From the NCBI RefSeq assembly GCF_006345805.1, contig NC_042999.1, positions 111,476,001 to 111,540,000 of the forward strand: DNA of 64,000 nucleotides. The letters run 5' to 3'. The notes beneath the pieces are model-generated. The model ran no database searches and was not told where the DNA came from. It saw nothing but the letters and a program-made list of their open reading frames with translations. The stretch comes from Octopus sinensis. Taxonomy: Eukaryota. Positions 1 to 11,284 of the stretch are shown one piece after another. The stretch's first letter is position 1, and the number at the start of each line of letters is the position of its first letter. The position numbers and the translations under genes were made by a program.

Positions 1-230
1 TATATATATATATATATATATATACATATATCATGACAGTAAGCAAACAAAATCGGAAACAAAATATGCACACATTGACCAGTTTATTTTGAGTGAAGAA
101 ATCGGTTTCGTAAGAAAATATATAAATGTTAACTTCTGGTTCTCTCCCGCTCTATTACCCATAAAAATATACACTATCCACTCTTTCTATATCACTATCG
201 CCATATTTATTCACGCACACACGGACACAG

Positions 231-270
<40 letters not shown>

Positions 271-283
271 ACACACACGCACA

Positions 284-358
<75 letters not shown>

Positions 359-360
359 TT
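1..360. repeat. (TA)n and (CA)n microsatellites
   Basis: Directly visible runs at 1-30 and about 225-358. Confidence 0.95.
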
Positions 361-1062
361 TTCAACAATTGAGGGCAAAATTAATTAATTATTAATCAAT
401 TTCACCAAGTGTTCAGTATGCAAAGGGACCATTCAAGGCGAATTCAAATTATTACATTATATAAAAGGGCTTAGTAAAATAAATTACTTTGCCGCATACT
501 GAACTCATTAGAAATAGCAGCTAAAAAACTTTTTTAAAGCTATTTCTAATACTTAAAGAAAATCTCTCTCATATATAGTGTTTGCTTAATTCAACTCACA
601 AAAGTTTGGGGGTAAGGACATCGAAAAATCAAATGCTAAGGTTATTCGAGAACGTACGTTTCAAGATTAGTCAAAACAACACTTCTATCATCAGCTCAGA
701 AATTCCTTGGTTTGGATTTGGAAACACTGAAAATAAGAACATACCCTTTCGAAGATCTGCTCCCAACTAACAGTGCCAACAAATTCAAATAAGCAAGCGA
801 AGAATCTCTGTTCTCCCCTTTCCACCAGCGTGGGTTAAAATCATCAAACACTATGCTTATTTCGGTAAAATCCGAAGCATTAATCAGAGGGAGATTAATT
901 ATAATTTCAACAATTGAGGGCAAAATTAATTAATTATTAATCAATTTCACCAAGTGTTCAGTATGCAAAGGGACCATTCAAGGCGAATTCAAATTATTAC
1001 ATTATATAAAAGGGCTTAGTAAAATAAATTACTTTGCCGCATACTGAACTCATTAGAAATAG
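361..1062 (-). repeat. 545-bp tandem repeat, block 1 (about 1.3 units; ribozyme-sense on minus strand)
   Basis: TTCAACAATTGAGGGC recurs at 361 and 906 (period 545). The sequence is the reverse complement of block 2. Confidence 0.95.
638..708 (-). ncRNA. Putative minimal type I hammerhead ribozyme in 545-bp unit
   Basis: Reverse complement of the motif at 1117-1187. Core TCATCAG at 688-694, predicted cleavage between 651 and 650. Confidence 0.6.
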
Positions 1063-1116
1063 GAGCAGATCTTCGAAAGGGTATGTTCTTATTTTCAGTG
1101 TTTCCAAATCCAAACC

Positions 1117-1187
1117 AAGGAATTTCTGAGCTGATGATAGAAGTGTTGTTTTGACTAATCTTGAAACGTACGTTCTCGAATAACCTT
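1117..1187 (+). ncRNA. Putative minimal type I hammerhead ribozyme in 545-bp unit
   Basis: AAGG-AAU-UUC-U-GAG CUGAUGA U-AGA...UCU-U GAA ACGUACGU U CUC-GAA-UAA-CCUU. Core at 1131-1137, GAAA at 1163-1166, palindromic stem III at 1166-1173, GUU cleavage triplet, stem I GAG/CUC extended by UUC/GAA and AAGG/CCUU. Confidence 0.6.
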
Positions 1188-1659
1188 AGCATTTGATTTT
1201 TCGATGTCCTTACCCCCAAACTTTTGTGAGTTGAATTAAGCAAACACTATATATGAGAGAGATTTTCTTTAAGTATTAGAAATAGCTTTAAAAAAGTTTT
1301 TTAGCTGCTATTTCTAATGAGTTCAGTATGCGGCAAGTAATTTATTTTACTAAGCCCTTTTATATAATGTAATAATTTGAATTCGCCTTGAATGGTCCCT
1401 TTGCATACTGAACACTTGGTGAAATTGATTAATAATTAATTAATTTTGCCCTCAATTGTTGAAATATAATTAATCTCCCTCTGATTAATGCTTCGGATTT
1501 TACCGAAATAAGCATAGTGTTTGATGATTTTAACCCACGCTGGTGGAAAGGGGAGAACAGAGATTCTTCGCTTGCTTATTTGAATTTGTTGGCACTGTTA
1601 GTTGGGAGCAGATCTTCGAAAGGGTATGTTCTTATTTTCAGTGTTTCCAAATCCAAACC

Positions 1660-1729
1660 AAGGAATTTCTGAGCTGATGATAGAAGTGTTGTTTTGACTA
1701 ATCTTGAAACGTACGTTCTCGATAACCTT
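1660..1729 (+). ncRNA. Putative hammerhead ribozyme, tandem copy 2
   Basis: Same motif, core at 1674-1680, with a 1-nt deletion in outer stem I. Confidence 0.55.
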
Positions 1730-2201
1730 AGCATTTGATTTTTCGATGTCCTTACCCCCAAACTTTTGTGAGTTGAATTAAGCAAACACTATATATGAGA
1801 GAGATTTTCTTTAAGTATTAGAAATAGCTTTAAAAAAGTTTTTTAGCTGCTATTTCTAATGAGTTCAGTATGCGGCAAAGTAATTTATTTTACTAAGCCC
1901 TTTTATATAATGTAATAATTTGAATTCGCCTTGAATGGTCCCTTTGCATACTGAACACTTGGTGAAATTGATTATAATTAATTAATTTTGCCCTCAATTG
2001 TTGAAATTATAATTAATCTCCTCTGATTAATGCTTCGGATTTTACCGAAATAAGCATAGTGTTTGATGATTTTAACCCACGCTGGTGGAAAGGGGAGAAC
2101 AGAGATTCTTCGCTTGCTTATTTGAATTTGTTGGCACTGTTAGTTGGGAGCAGATCTTCGAAAGGGTATGTTCTTATTTTCAGTGTTTCCAAATCCAAAC
2201 C

Positions 2202-2272
2202 AAGGAATTTCTGAGCTGATGATAGAAGTGTTGTTTTGACTAATCTTGAAACGTACGTTCTCGAATAACCTT
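2202..2272 (+). ncRNA. Putative hammerhead ribozyme, tandem copy 3
   Basis: Same motif, core at 2216-2222. Confidence 0.6.
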
Positions 2273-2742
2273 AGCATTTGATTTTTCGATGTCCTTACCC
2301 CCAAACTTTTGTGAGTTGAATTAAGCAAACACTATATATGAGAGAGATTTTCTTTAAGTATTAGAAATAGCTTTAAAAAAGTTTTTTAGCTGCTATTTCT
2401 AATGAGTTCAGTATGCGGCAAAGTAATTTATTTTACTAAGCCTTTTATATAATGTAATAATTTGAATTCGCCTTGAATGGTCCCTTTGCATACTGAACAC
2501 TTGTGAAATTGATTAATAATTAATTAATTTTGCCCTCAATTGTTGAAATTATAATTAATCTCCCTCTGATAATGCTTCGGATTTTACCGAAATAAGCATA
2601 GTGTTTGATGATTTTAACCACGCTGGTGGAAAGGGGAGAACAGAGATTCTTCGCTTGCTTATTTGAATTTGTTGGCACTGTTAGTTGGGAGCAGATCTTC
2701 GAAAGGGTATGTTCTTATTTTCAGTGTTTCCAAATCCAAACC

Positions 2743-2813
2743 AAGGAATTTCTGAGCTGATGATAGAAGTGTTGTTTTGACTAATCTTGAAACGTACGTT
2801 CTCGAATAACCTT
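2743..2813 (+). ncRNA. Putative hammerhead ribozyme, tandem copy 4
   Basis: Same motif, core at 2757-2763. Confidence 0.6.
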
Positions 2814-2992
2814 AGCATTTGATTTTTCGATGTCCTTACCCCCAAACTTTTGTGAGTTGAATTAAGCAAACACTATATATGAGAGAGATTTTCTTTAAGT
2901 ATTAGAAATAGCTTTAAAAAAGTTTTTTAGCTGCTATTTCTAATGAGTTCAGTATGCGGCAAAGTAATTTATTTTACTAAGCCTTTTATATA

Positions 2993-3047
<55 letters not shown>

Positions 3048-3617
3048 GCTTACATATATAGATAGCAAGCTAATGCCAGATGTTCTACCCTACTCCTCTG
3101 GGAGGTAATAGTAATGCTAAGTGCTGAATCTAGGAATTTAGTTCTAGAGCAATACAGAATTACCATAGTAACTTACCTAGTTTTGGGTCACATGGTGAGA
3201 CGATGCCAGACTAGTTTTTGAAATCATCTTCTTGGCTCTTTTTTCTATTATTCATTCGTTCTTTCCACCTTAATGTGTATATAAGCAGACTGAAAATACG
3301 CATGTAAGTACGTATATTTACAAGCACACGCACATACGCAAAGAGACATATGCATATATGTATACGCATATATGTAGATATACATGCAAAGATATATGTG
3401 TATATATATATATATATACTACTAATATAGGATAACATTTTTTTCAGAAAAAAATTTCATCAAAAGTGGCAGCATATTAAAATACCTTTAAACGTTAAAA
3501 TTATAAACAACTTATAAACAAGGGCAAAAGAAAAATTATTTCTATGCCAATATGCTGATAACAGACTTTAAATCGTCAATTTCCACATTTCATTATACAT
3601 TCATTATAAATGTAGTT

Positions 3618-3672
<55 letters not shown>

Positions 3673-3699
3673 TTTATATATATATATAAATAAGTTGCT

Positions 3700-3736
<37 letters not shown>

Positions 3737-3786
3737 AATACATACATATACATATATACATGTACACGCACATATATATATATATA

Positions 3787-3818
<32 letters not shown>

Positions 3819-4546
3819 ATGTGTCTGTGAATTATGTGGGGGAATGTATATCTGTTAAATCAACGATTTCTGCCTGCACTGCAACACTATTCCCCATAAC
3901 TTCATGACTTTCGGCTTTAGACTTCTCATCTTCATCGTTGTAGCTTTCCCAATTCTTCTTCACTTCTGATTGTTACATATTCTTGGTTAATAACAAGTAG
4001 TCTTTATAGCATACCAATTGTAATGCATGCTCCAATACTTGGACTACCATTTGATCACGCTGATCCGTAAGGAACAGCCGATACTTTATTGATTAAATTG
4101 TCATTTCAAGTGTCTTAGAATTTTTTACCATGCCTCTACATTGCTTATTGCCACAGATCGGCATTCGGTTAGAACGTCCCTATTATTTTACTATATTTAA
4201 GCGTTCCTGGAATGATAAAACAACATTTGAGAACTGCGAGATTTTACACACAGCGTAAGAGTCCGGAACATATTCTATATAGTATATTGACTGACCACGA
4301 ATCTGTCAACAAATTTCGAAAAATGTTATCCCGAATTTTAGATCTTACAAGAAAAGTTATTTAACTGCAAATGAATAAAATTTTCCAATACAGGTCGAGA
4401 TAATCCGCAGTGTACTTTATTTTCTACAATGTCTGACCACTTAAAGTTGGTAGTGCTACAGTTTCTTTGGGCTAGTTTCCTGGAATTTCAGTTCTTAAGG
4501 ATAAGTGAGTCGAGTTTGGAATTGAATATATATTGTCATTATGGTC

Positions 4547-4730
4547 CTTAATATTCGTTTCAAATTTTGGCACAAGGCCAGTAATTTTGGGAGTAGGGCA
4601 AGTCGATAACTTCGACCCCAATGTTCAACTGGTACTTATTTTGTCGTCCCTGAAAGGAGGAAAGGCAAAGACGGACGAAATGCCGCTAAGCATTTTAACC
4701 GGCGTGCTAACATTCTGCCGGATCGCCGCC
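4547..4730 (-). mobile_element. tRNA-derived SINE, family B (internally deleted)
   Basis: Shares GGCGGCGAGCTGGCAGAA head, GCCTTTCATCCTTTCGGGGTCG-like central box and GGCCTTGTGCC tail with the copies at 11285, 26141, 52363 and 59060. Confidence 0.8.
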
Positions 4731-5817
4731 TCCATGGTCGTTAAAATTAACGTAGGTTGTACAAGTGGAAAGGCATGCCACGCACTCTGTTTTGCCTCTT
4801 AGTTTTAGTTTTTGACATTAATTACAACTGTGTGGAGTCATCTGGTTCATATATATTTTTGTTTTATTGTCAAGTTTAACGGAGTTGGGAGATTGTCTGA
4901 AAGTATTCTTGTGAAATTTTAGGAAATTTTGAAGGAATTTTCGTGATGTCGAACAACTCTTTTATCGAGGTGATAAAATTGGATTCAAAGATTCTTATCT
5001 CTTGATATGTCAGTATGTATTTGCGGGGAGTGGTGTGTTGCGTGTATTTAGGCTAAATTCTTCATCCAGCGCTACCTTTCTTACCAGATATTTCTGAACA
5101 CAATAGAAGGTTTCCCTCCTCAATCGTTTGGTGACACTTGCAGGTCTCGTAATAAAATGCATGGTATAGAATCTTTGAAGCTATTTGATCCATTGAGAGA
5201 ATAAGTTCAAGAAAATGTCTCCCTCGGTTTGTTTATTCTTTTCTTTGTATAGGAAACTCAGCCAGATAAGATCGAATATCCATTTGGATTGATATAACTT
5301 AATGAAAATTTGATACATAGGAAAGAAATAATTAAAAAAGAGCTGATGATCCATCACTCTACAAAAGTTCTGCTTCCATACGACCCTTCCTACGAAAAAA
5401 AAAATGAATGATTATAGGTCCAGAAATGTCTTATAGTATCAAATACTCAGAAATATCGTGTTTATTAAATATTGCCGATTAGATACTGCAAAGCAATGAA
5501 AATCTCTCAAGTATGTATTCCCTATTAAAATGCATCACGTTTCCCTCGCTCATCGCTTTGTCGCTTGAACGATAATGAGAATTTCTAAATAGGACGAGAT
5601 TCATAATGAACGTCTTTCAAACATACAAACACTAAATTTGAGACAAGCAAAAAAGGAAAGGATTGAATGCAATAAAAAAATAAAGTCTATAGGTATTGTA
5701 AATTGAGCTCATTTCTTCAAGTAATTAGAAGTTTCGCGTTTCCGATGTACACGAAATGAAGGGTATTTAATAACAAAATGTACGATCAGCTGTTATTTAT
5801 ATGTATGTATACATGCA

Positions 5818-5879
<62 letters not shown>

Positions 5880-5991
5880 CGTGCGTGAGTCGTCTAATAG
5901 ACCATAAGTCAAGGAGAAGATTCACTCGTATATCTGTCAGTAGAGTGGGTATATTATTCGAAATGTGTGTGTATGTATATACATATATATA

Positions 5992-6037
<46 letters not shown>

Positions 6038-6662
6038 TATATATATGTATATATGTATATACATATATATGTATATATACATATATATGTATATATACAT
6101 ATATATATATATACATGTATGTATATATATTTGTATATATACATATATGTGTGTGTATATACATGTATACATACGCACACAAACACATGCACATACACAG
6201 ACGCACACACATATACTTACATACAAAACATGCATACAAATATACATACAAACACACATATAAATAAAGACAGACAGACAGACAGACAGACAGAAGTTTC
6301 AAGTTTACCATCCACAGAAAATGGTGGTGGGGCGGTATTTAGTAACGTGGAATAATATAACCCTATAATATGTGTGTGTGTTTGTGTGCGTTAATGTTTG
6401 TTTTTATGTTTAGTTTTAATAAAAAATAATTCCACATTAATATTATGGGTTATTCTATACTTCTGTACAGTACAAATTTATTGTTGTTGTACTATTTTTC
6501 CAAGTAAACACATGCACTTTATATTTAGTCTGCACTTTAGCTTTATCATTATTCTTGCAGTTTGTTTTTGACAAAGTTCTTTCATCACACGTTCTGTGAC
6601 ATCTTCAGTGACTTTCTATCTCATGTGTCTCATCCTGTTCTACTTATTTCATTTTGTCTTTC

Positions 6663-6790
6663 AGGAAGAAGAAGAAGAGAAGAAGAAGAAGAAGAAGAAG
6701 AAGAAGAAGAAGAAGAAGAAGAAGAGAAGAAGAAGAGAAGAAGAAGAAGAAGAAGAAGGAGAAGGAGAAGAAGAAGAAGAAGAAGAATGG
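6663..6790. repeat. (GAA)n purine-rich microsatellite
   Basis: Directly visible. It explains the poly-E/K/R ORFs in the track. Confidence 0.95.
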
Positions 6791-6933
6791 GTGGGGAGGA
6801 GGAGGACAACAAGAACAAGAGAAGACACGTCGGATAGAGACTTGCTGAGATGAAATTTCGGAATCATTGTCAAGGATATTCAAGAATAATATGTGTGTAT
6901 GTGTTTATATATACATGTTTTTATATATATATA

Positions 6934-7175
6934 TACATCTCCGTAATATATATATATATATATATATATATATTACGGAGATGTACTCGCATAGCAAGTA
7001 ATTTGATCTGAGATCGTGTGCTGAAACGAAAACAATTGCAACGTGGAAGGTGTTTATAAGCCATTTAAGAAACACACAAAGGCCGTTCGATTCACTTCAA
7101 CATTTAAGTCTAATTTGTCAAAATATTTTCGTCGCTAAAATCCGCGACCTGTTCACTGACAAAAATCCGTGCTGC
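6934..7175 (-). mobile_element. Short non-coding element with hammerhead variant (probable PLE terminal repeat)
   Basis: Bounded by (TA)n on both sides, contains the HHR-like fold at 7114-7163, and its terminal 15 bp are duplicated in inverted orientation across the TA tract (6934-6948 vs 6971-6985). Confidence 0.55.
7114..7163 (-). ncRNA. Putative hammerhead ribozyme variant with G3-C8 core
   Basis: Minus strand reads UUUGUCA GUGAACA G GUCGC-GGAUUUUA-GCGAC GAA AAUAUU U UGACAAA: 7-bp stem I, 5-bp stem II, palindromic stem III. Confidence 0.65.
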
Positions 7176-7176
7176 A

Positions 7177-7242
<66 letters not shown>

Positions 7243-7308
7243 GGTCCCGGGTTGATTCGGGGTTAACCACAGTAAATAAGGTACTCAATACATAGCAGAG
7301 TAAAATTA

Positions 7309-7424
7309 ATTTATTATATAGAAGGAGCTTCTACAGGACTAGAACTGTTTCATTCAAGAGAAATCTTCCTGAAGATTTCTCTTGAATGAAACAGTTCTAG
7401 TCCTGTAGAAGCTCCTTCTATATA

Positions 7425-7430
<6 letters not shown>
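7309..7430. repeat. Perfect 60-bp inverted repeat with 2-nt spacer, containing a truncated hammerhead
   Basis: Arms 7309-7368 and 7371-7430 are exact reverse complements. CUGAAGA U-UUC-UCUU-GAA-U GAA ACAGU U CUAG lies at 7369-7400. Confidence 0.9.
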
Positions 7431-7491
<61 letters not shown>

Positions 7492-7525
7492 TATACATAT
7501 ATTTATATATATATGTTTATATTTA

Positions 7526-8775
7526 TGGGTTGGCAACTAAGTTCCCGCCGTTGTTTTTAATTAAATTTTTTTAAAGGTTTAATAAAAAATAACAACTATT
7601 TAATCAATGATATATTCACCCTTATTGTTTACAACTTTTTCCCAACGTTCAGCAACATTTTCAATATCTCGTTGGTAGAAATCACCCGATTTCGACTCGA
7701 ATAATTGATCCAACCAAACTCTTAATTCTGCACCAGTATTGAACGAAACTCCGCGCCTAGCATTTGAAAGAGATCGAAAGAGGTGAAAATCCGTTGGTGC
7801 CAAATCAGGAGAGTACGGCGGATGTGGCAGCACTTCCCAGCCATGCGTTTGAATGGCTTCCTTGGTCATATTGGTGATATGAGGTCGGGTGATGTCGTGC
7901 AGCAGAACTCCATGCTGCCGATTAGGTCTTTTCTCTTGAATTGCCGTGTTGAGTTGTTCCATCCGTTGAACATAGAGTTCCACGTTGACCGTTTGGTTCC
8001 GTTCAAGCCATTCGTAATTGATAATCCCTTCCCAGTCCCACCATATGCACTACATCGTTTTACGCGGATGAAGATCTTGTTTCACTCGCGGTGTCGTTTA
8101 TTTACCGGAACTAAGCCATTCCTTATGCTGTTTCATATTGATGTACATGAACCATTTTTCGTTGCCAGTAACGATTCGGTAAAGAAAGCGTTGCTTATGT
8201 CCATGAATTGAGCGGTGACAAGCAAGCAAACCAGCGGAGATTGTAGCTCGTTGATTTTGGTTGTTGTCACTTAAAGCATGCGGAGCCCATGCTCCATACT
8301 TCTGAACCTTTCCCATCGAGGGAAGATGCTTCTCTATAGCAGTGTGGGAGCATGCCATTTTCTCTGCCAGTTCCCTTGTCGTTTGACGAGAATTTTCGTA
8401 AGAAAATTGAGTTAATCGCTCTTCCTCGAACTCAACTGGACGGCCAGAATGAGGTGCATGTTTGGTATCAAAATTTCCATTTTTGAACGTGGCATACCAA
8501 TCACGAGCAGTTCTTTCAGCAATGGTACCCTCTCCATACACAGAACAAATGTCGCGAGCAGCTTTTTGGGCCTTAGAACCTTGATTGAAAGCAAAAAGAA
8601 GGTGTAGAAAATGCTCGTTTTTCTTAAGTTGACATTCCATTTTAATGATCTGAAAAAAAAAAAACTAAATTTAACTTGAAAAAAAAAATAGATTGAAAAA
8701 TTATTCAAAAATAGAATTCTCGAAAAAATAGATTCCAATATTTTTTAAAACGGCGGGAACTTAGTTGCCAACCCA

Positions 8776-8776
<1 letters not shown>
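7526..8776 (-). mobile_element. mariner (DD34D) DNA transposon, full length but defective
   Basis: TIRs (T)TGGGTTGGCAACTAAGTTCCCGCCGTT at 7526-7552 and 8749-8776, TA at both flanks, about 1.25 kb. Confidence 0.95.
7600..8640 (-). pseudogene. mariner transposase pseudogene
   Basis: HTH N-terminus, WAPHAL (WVPHEL-like), TGNEKW (first D mutated to N) and HDITRPH...YSPDLAPTD with D-x34-D spacing. Split across frames 8098-8640 and 7600-7983. Confidence 0.92.
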
Positions 8777-8827
<51 letters not shown>

Positions 8828-9342
8828 CTAGCAGTATCGCCCGGCGTTGCTCGGGTTTGTAAGGGAAATAACTATATAAGCATTTTTAGAGTTATAGCAA
8901 AAAAATGCTTTAAAAATGGAATAAAAAATTATGGTAAATTTTTTTTAAAATCGTTGACTCAGTGTCTTCAAGCCATGAAGTCGTTGTTCTAAAAGAACGC
9001 TGGTCTCTTTGACAACGCTTTACGACGTTGATTTCCTTACACTCCCTTCCCCACAGCTTCACGAGGGAGGGAAGAAGGGGGAGAAGCAAACAGGTGCAGG
9101 TGTGACCATGGACGCCAACTCCGCCGCCATCGACACACGATGCATTTTATGCATTAAAATGGAATAAAAAATGATGTTAAATTATTTTTAAAATCGTAGA
9201 CTCATCGTTGACGCGCGCTAATAGTCAGACGCGCTCGATATGAATCACGACTATAAGATACCCGAATTTCGTTAAACTGCACCGCAAAATGTGGGAGGAG
9301 TTAGGAATCTAATCGAAGGGGACAGACACTCACACAACTAGA

Positions 9343-9345
<3 letters not shown>
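8828..9345 (-). mobile_element. Non-autonomous Helitron-like element
   Basis: The minus-strand 3' end CCCGAGCAACGCCGGGCGATACTGCTAG (GC hairpin then CTAG) is nearly identical to 38036-38063. The 5' boundary lies in a TA tract and is approximate. Confidence 0.7.
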
Positions 9346-9408
<63 letters not shown>

Positions 9409-9431
9409 TATAGATATATATATATAGATAT

Positions 9432-9467
<36 letters not shown>

Positions 9468-10272
9468 ATATATATATACATATATATTCAAACACATGCT
9501 CACGCATTCACTCACACACATACGCACACATGTATTTCTGTATATATGTATATATGTTTTTGTCTATATATCTATATGTGTGCCTGCGTGTTGTGTGTGT
9601 GTGTGAAAGAGAGAGAGAGATAGAGATAGAGACAGAGAGAGAGACCGTGTGAAGCGTGTATACCTATATACATGCACACACACACTTGCACAGGCTCAGA
9701 CATGCACACACACACACACATACATGTATACGCGTGTATTTGAATGATGTGCATATACTTTGCTTCACCTTTCATGACGAAGAGTTGACAAAACCAGCTG
9801 TCAGTTATATTTCGAAAATTCTGCAACAAAGTTCACTTTTCCTCCGGCTCTTTACCCCTTCGCTAAAGTTACCTTTCAAAGTATAATTGATTCATTTGTA
9901 GCACCTAGTTTCCCAGAATAGGTTGCTACAGAGAGAAGCTCTGTATTTTCTAAAAAGATACTATTATTCAGAAGAAGTATCCGAGAACAGCTGATACTAC
10001 AAACTAGTAAATTGTTAAAAAGTAGAACTTATGACGACTGATTTAGGTTGCCTAACAGATAAAAGGAAGCAGTGATAATGGAGACAACAGGACGAGTAGC
10101 ACGTGTGTGTGTAATTATCTTTAGGAATGCGTGCGATAGACCAGTTAATTGAGCGAGTTTAAAGTGATAGATGGTGAACATCTGAGAAGAGATAGAGAAA
10201 AGGACATACCTAGAAAAACAAAGGGTGATAGAGACAAGCACCAATATATCTCTCAAACTAAAAAGAAGGAAT

Positions 10273-10306
<34 letters not shown>

Positions 10307-10507
10307 AGCAGATTTGGTTCACAACATGGCAAGGGTTAATACAGTAGAACAAAAAGGTTACTCAAAAATAGAAACACATCGTGGCGAAAGAGTAACTGGA
10401 GATCAAGCAAACCGAATTGTGTACAAGTCATTCGCCATTACATAAATCCAAGTGTAGCATTTTCATGCGCGTGCGTTTATGTATGTATATATATATATAT
10501 ATACATA

Positions 10508-10552
<45 letters not shown>

Positions 10553-10880
10553 TATATATATATAATTATATATATATATATATTATATACCTGTAATCTC
10601 TGTGTCAGTTAGTATTATTTTCAGAGAAAACCATATGAATTGATATGAAAGCCATATGCTTGATGCCAATTGTAGCAGAAATGTGTTGAAGTAGTTATAA
10701 CAATTCATACCTTAGTTCTGAAATGGTGGCGTATTTAAGGAAAGTTACACGTTTCGAGATTTAAATATATATACAGATTACAGCTGTCACACACACACGC
10801 ACCGATATATACATGTGTGTGTGTGTGCATATATTATATATGTGAGTATAGATAGAGATAGATAAATGTACATTCTTTTT

Positions 10881-11260
10881 TTACTTTTATTCTTTTATTT
10901 GTTTCAGTTATTTTACTGCGGCCATGCTGATGCACTGCCTTTAGTCGAACAAATCGATCCTAATACTTATTCTATCAGTCTCTTTTGCCGAACCACTGAG
11001 TTACGGGGATGTTAACACACCAACGTCGGTTGTCAAGCGAACGGGGAGGGGGCAAACACAGACACACAAACATATACTTATATACACACATATATACGAC
11101 GGGCTTCTTTCAGTTTCCGTCTACCAAATCCACTCACAAGGTTTTGATCGGCCTGAGGCTATAGTAGAAGACACTTGCTCAAGGTTCCACGCAGTGGGAC
11201 TGAACCCGGGAGCATGTGGTTGATAGGCAAGCTACTTACCACAAAGCAACTCCTGCTCCT
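10881..11260 (-). mobile_element. tRNA-derived SINE, family A
   Basis: A/B-box head, CCTTGAGCAAGTGTCTT CORE-like box, internal CA/TA tract and GCATGGCCGCAGT tail. Matches 45365-45775. Confidence 0.85.
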
Positions 11261-11284
11261 ATATACAAATATACTAATATATTC

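Larger units (their letters stand above)
1063..2993 (+). repeat. 545-bp tandem repeat, block 2 (about 3.5 units, inverted relative to block 1)
   Basis: CTGATGATAGAAG recurs at 1131, 1674, 2216 and 2757. The differences I could see between copies are single-base deletions. The block ends in (TA)n at about 2993. Confidence 0.95.

Noticed and set aside
582-2869. Repeated 62-75 aa ORF (MLNSTHKSLG...) in the 545-bp unit
   Set aside because: TTG start, antisense to the ribozyme, no recognisable motif. It recurs only because the DNA is tandemly repeated.
361-2993. CRISPR array or centromeric satellite
   Set aside because: There is no repeat-spacer alternation and the sequence is eukaryotic. The array is under 3 kb with an internal inversion and TA-flanked ends.
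3177-3289. 113-nt minus-strand exon-like segment (TTTTCAG| ... |GTAAGT)
   Set aside because: Good splice signals, but stops occur in all three frames. It may be a UTR or lncRNA exon but cannot be supported without RNA data.
3880-5330. Possible decayed retroelement coding sequence on minus strand
   Set aside because: Non-repetitive, but I could not recover diagnostic RT or endonuclease motifs in any frame.
5343-5375. CTGATGA hit as hammerhead
   Set aside because: No GAAA or stems in register.
6575-6615. Minus-strand CUGAAGA...UCAC/GUGA...GAAA
   Set aside because: Stem II is plausible but stems I and III do not pair. Likely chance.
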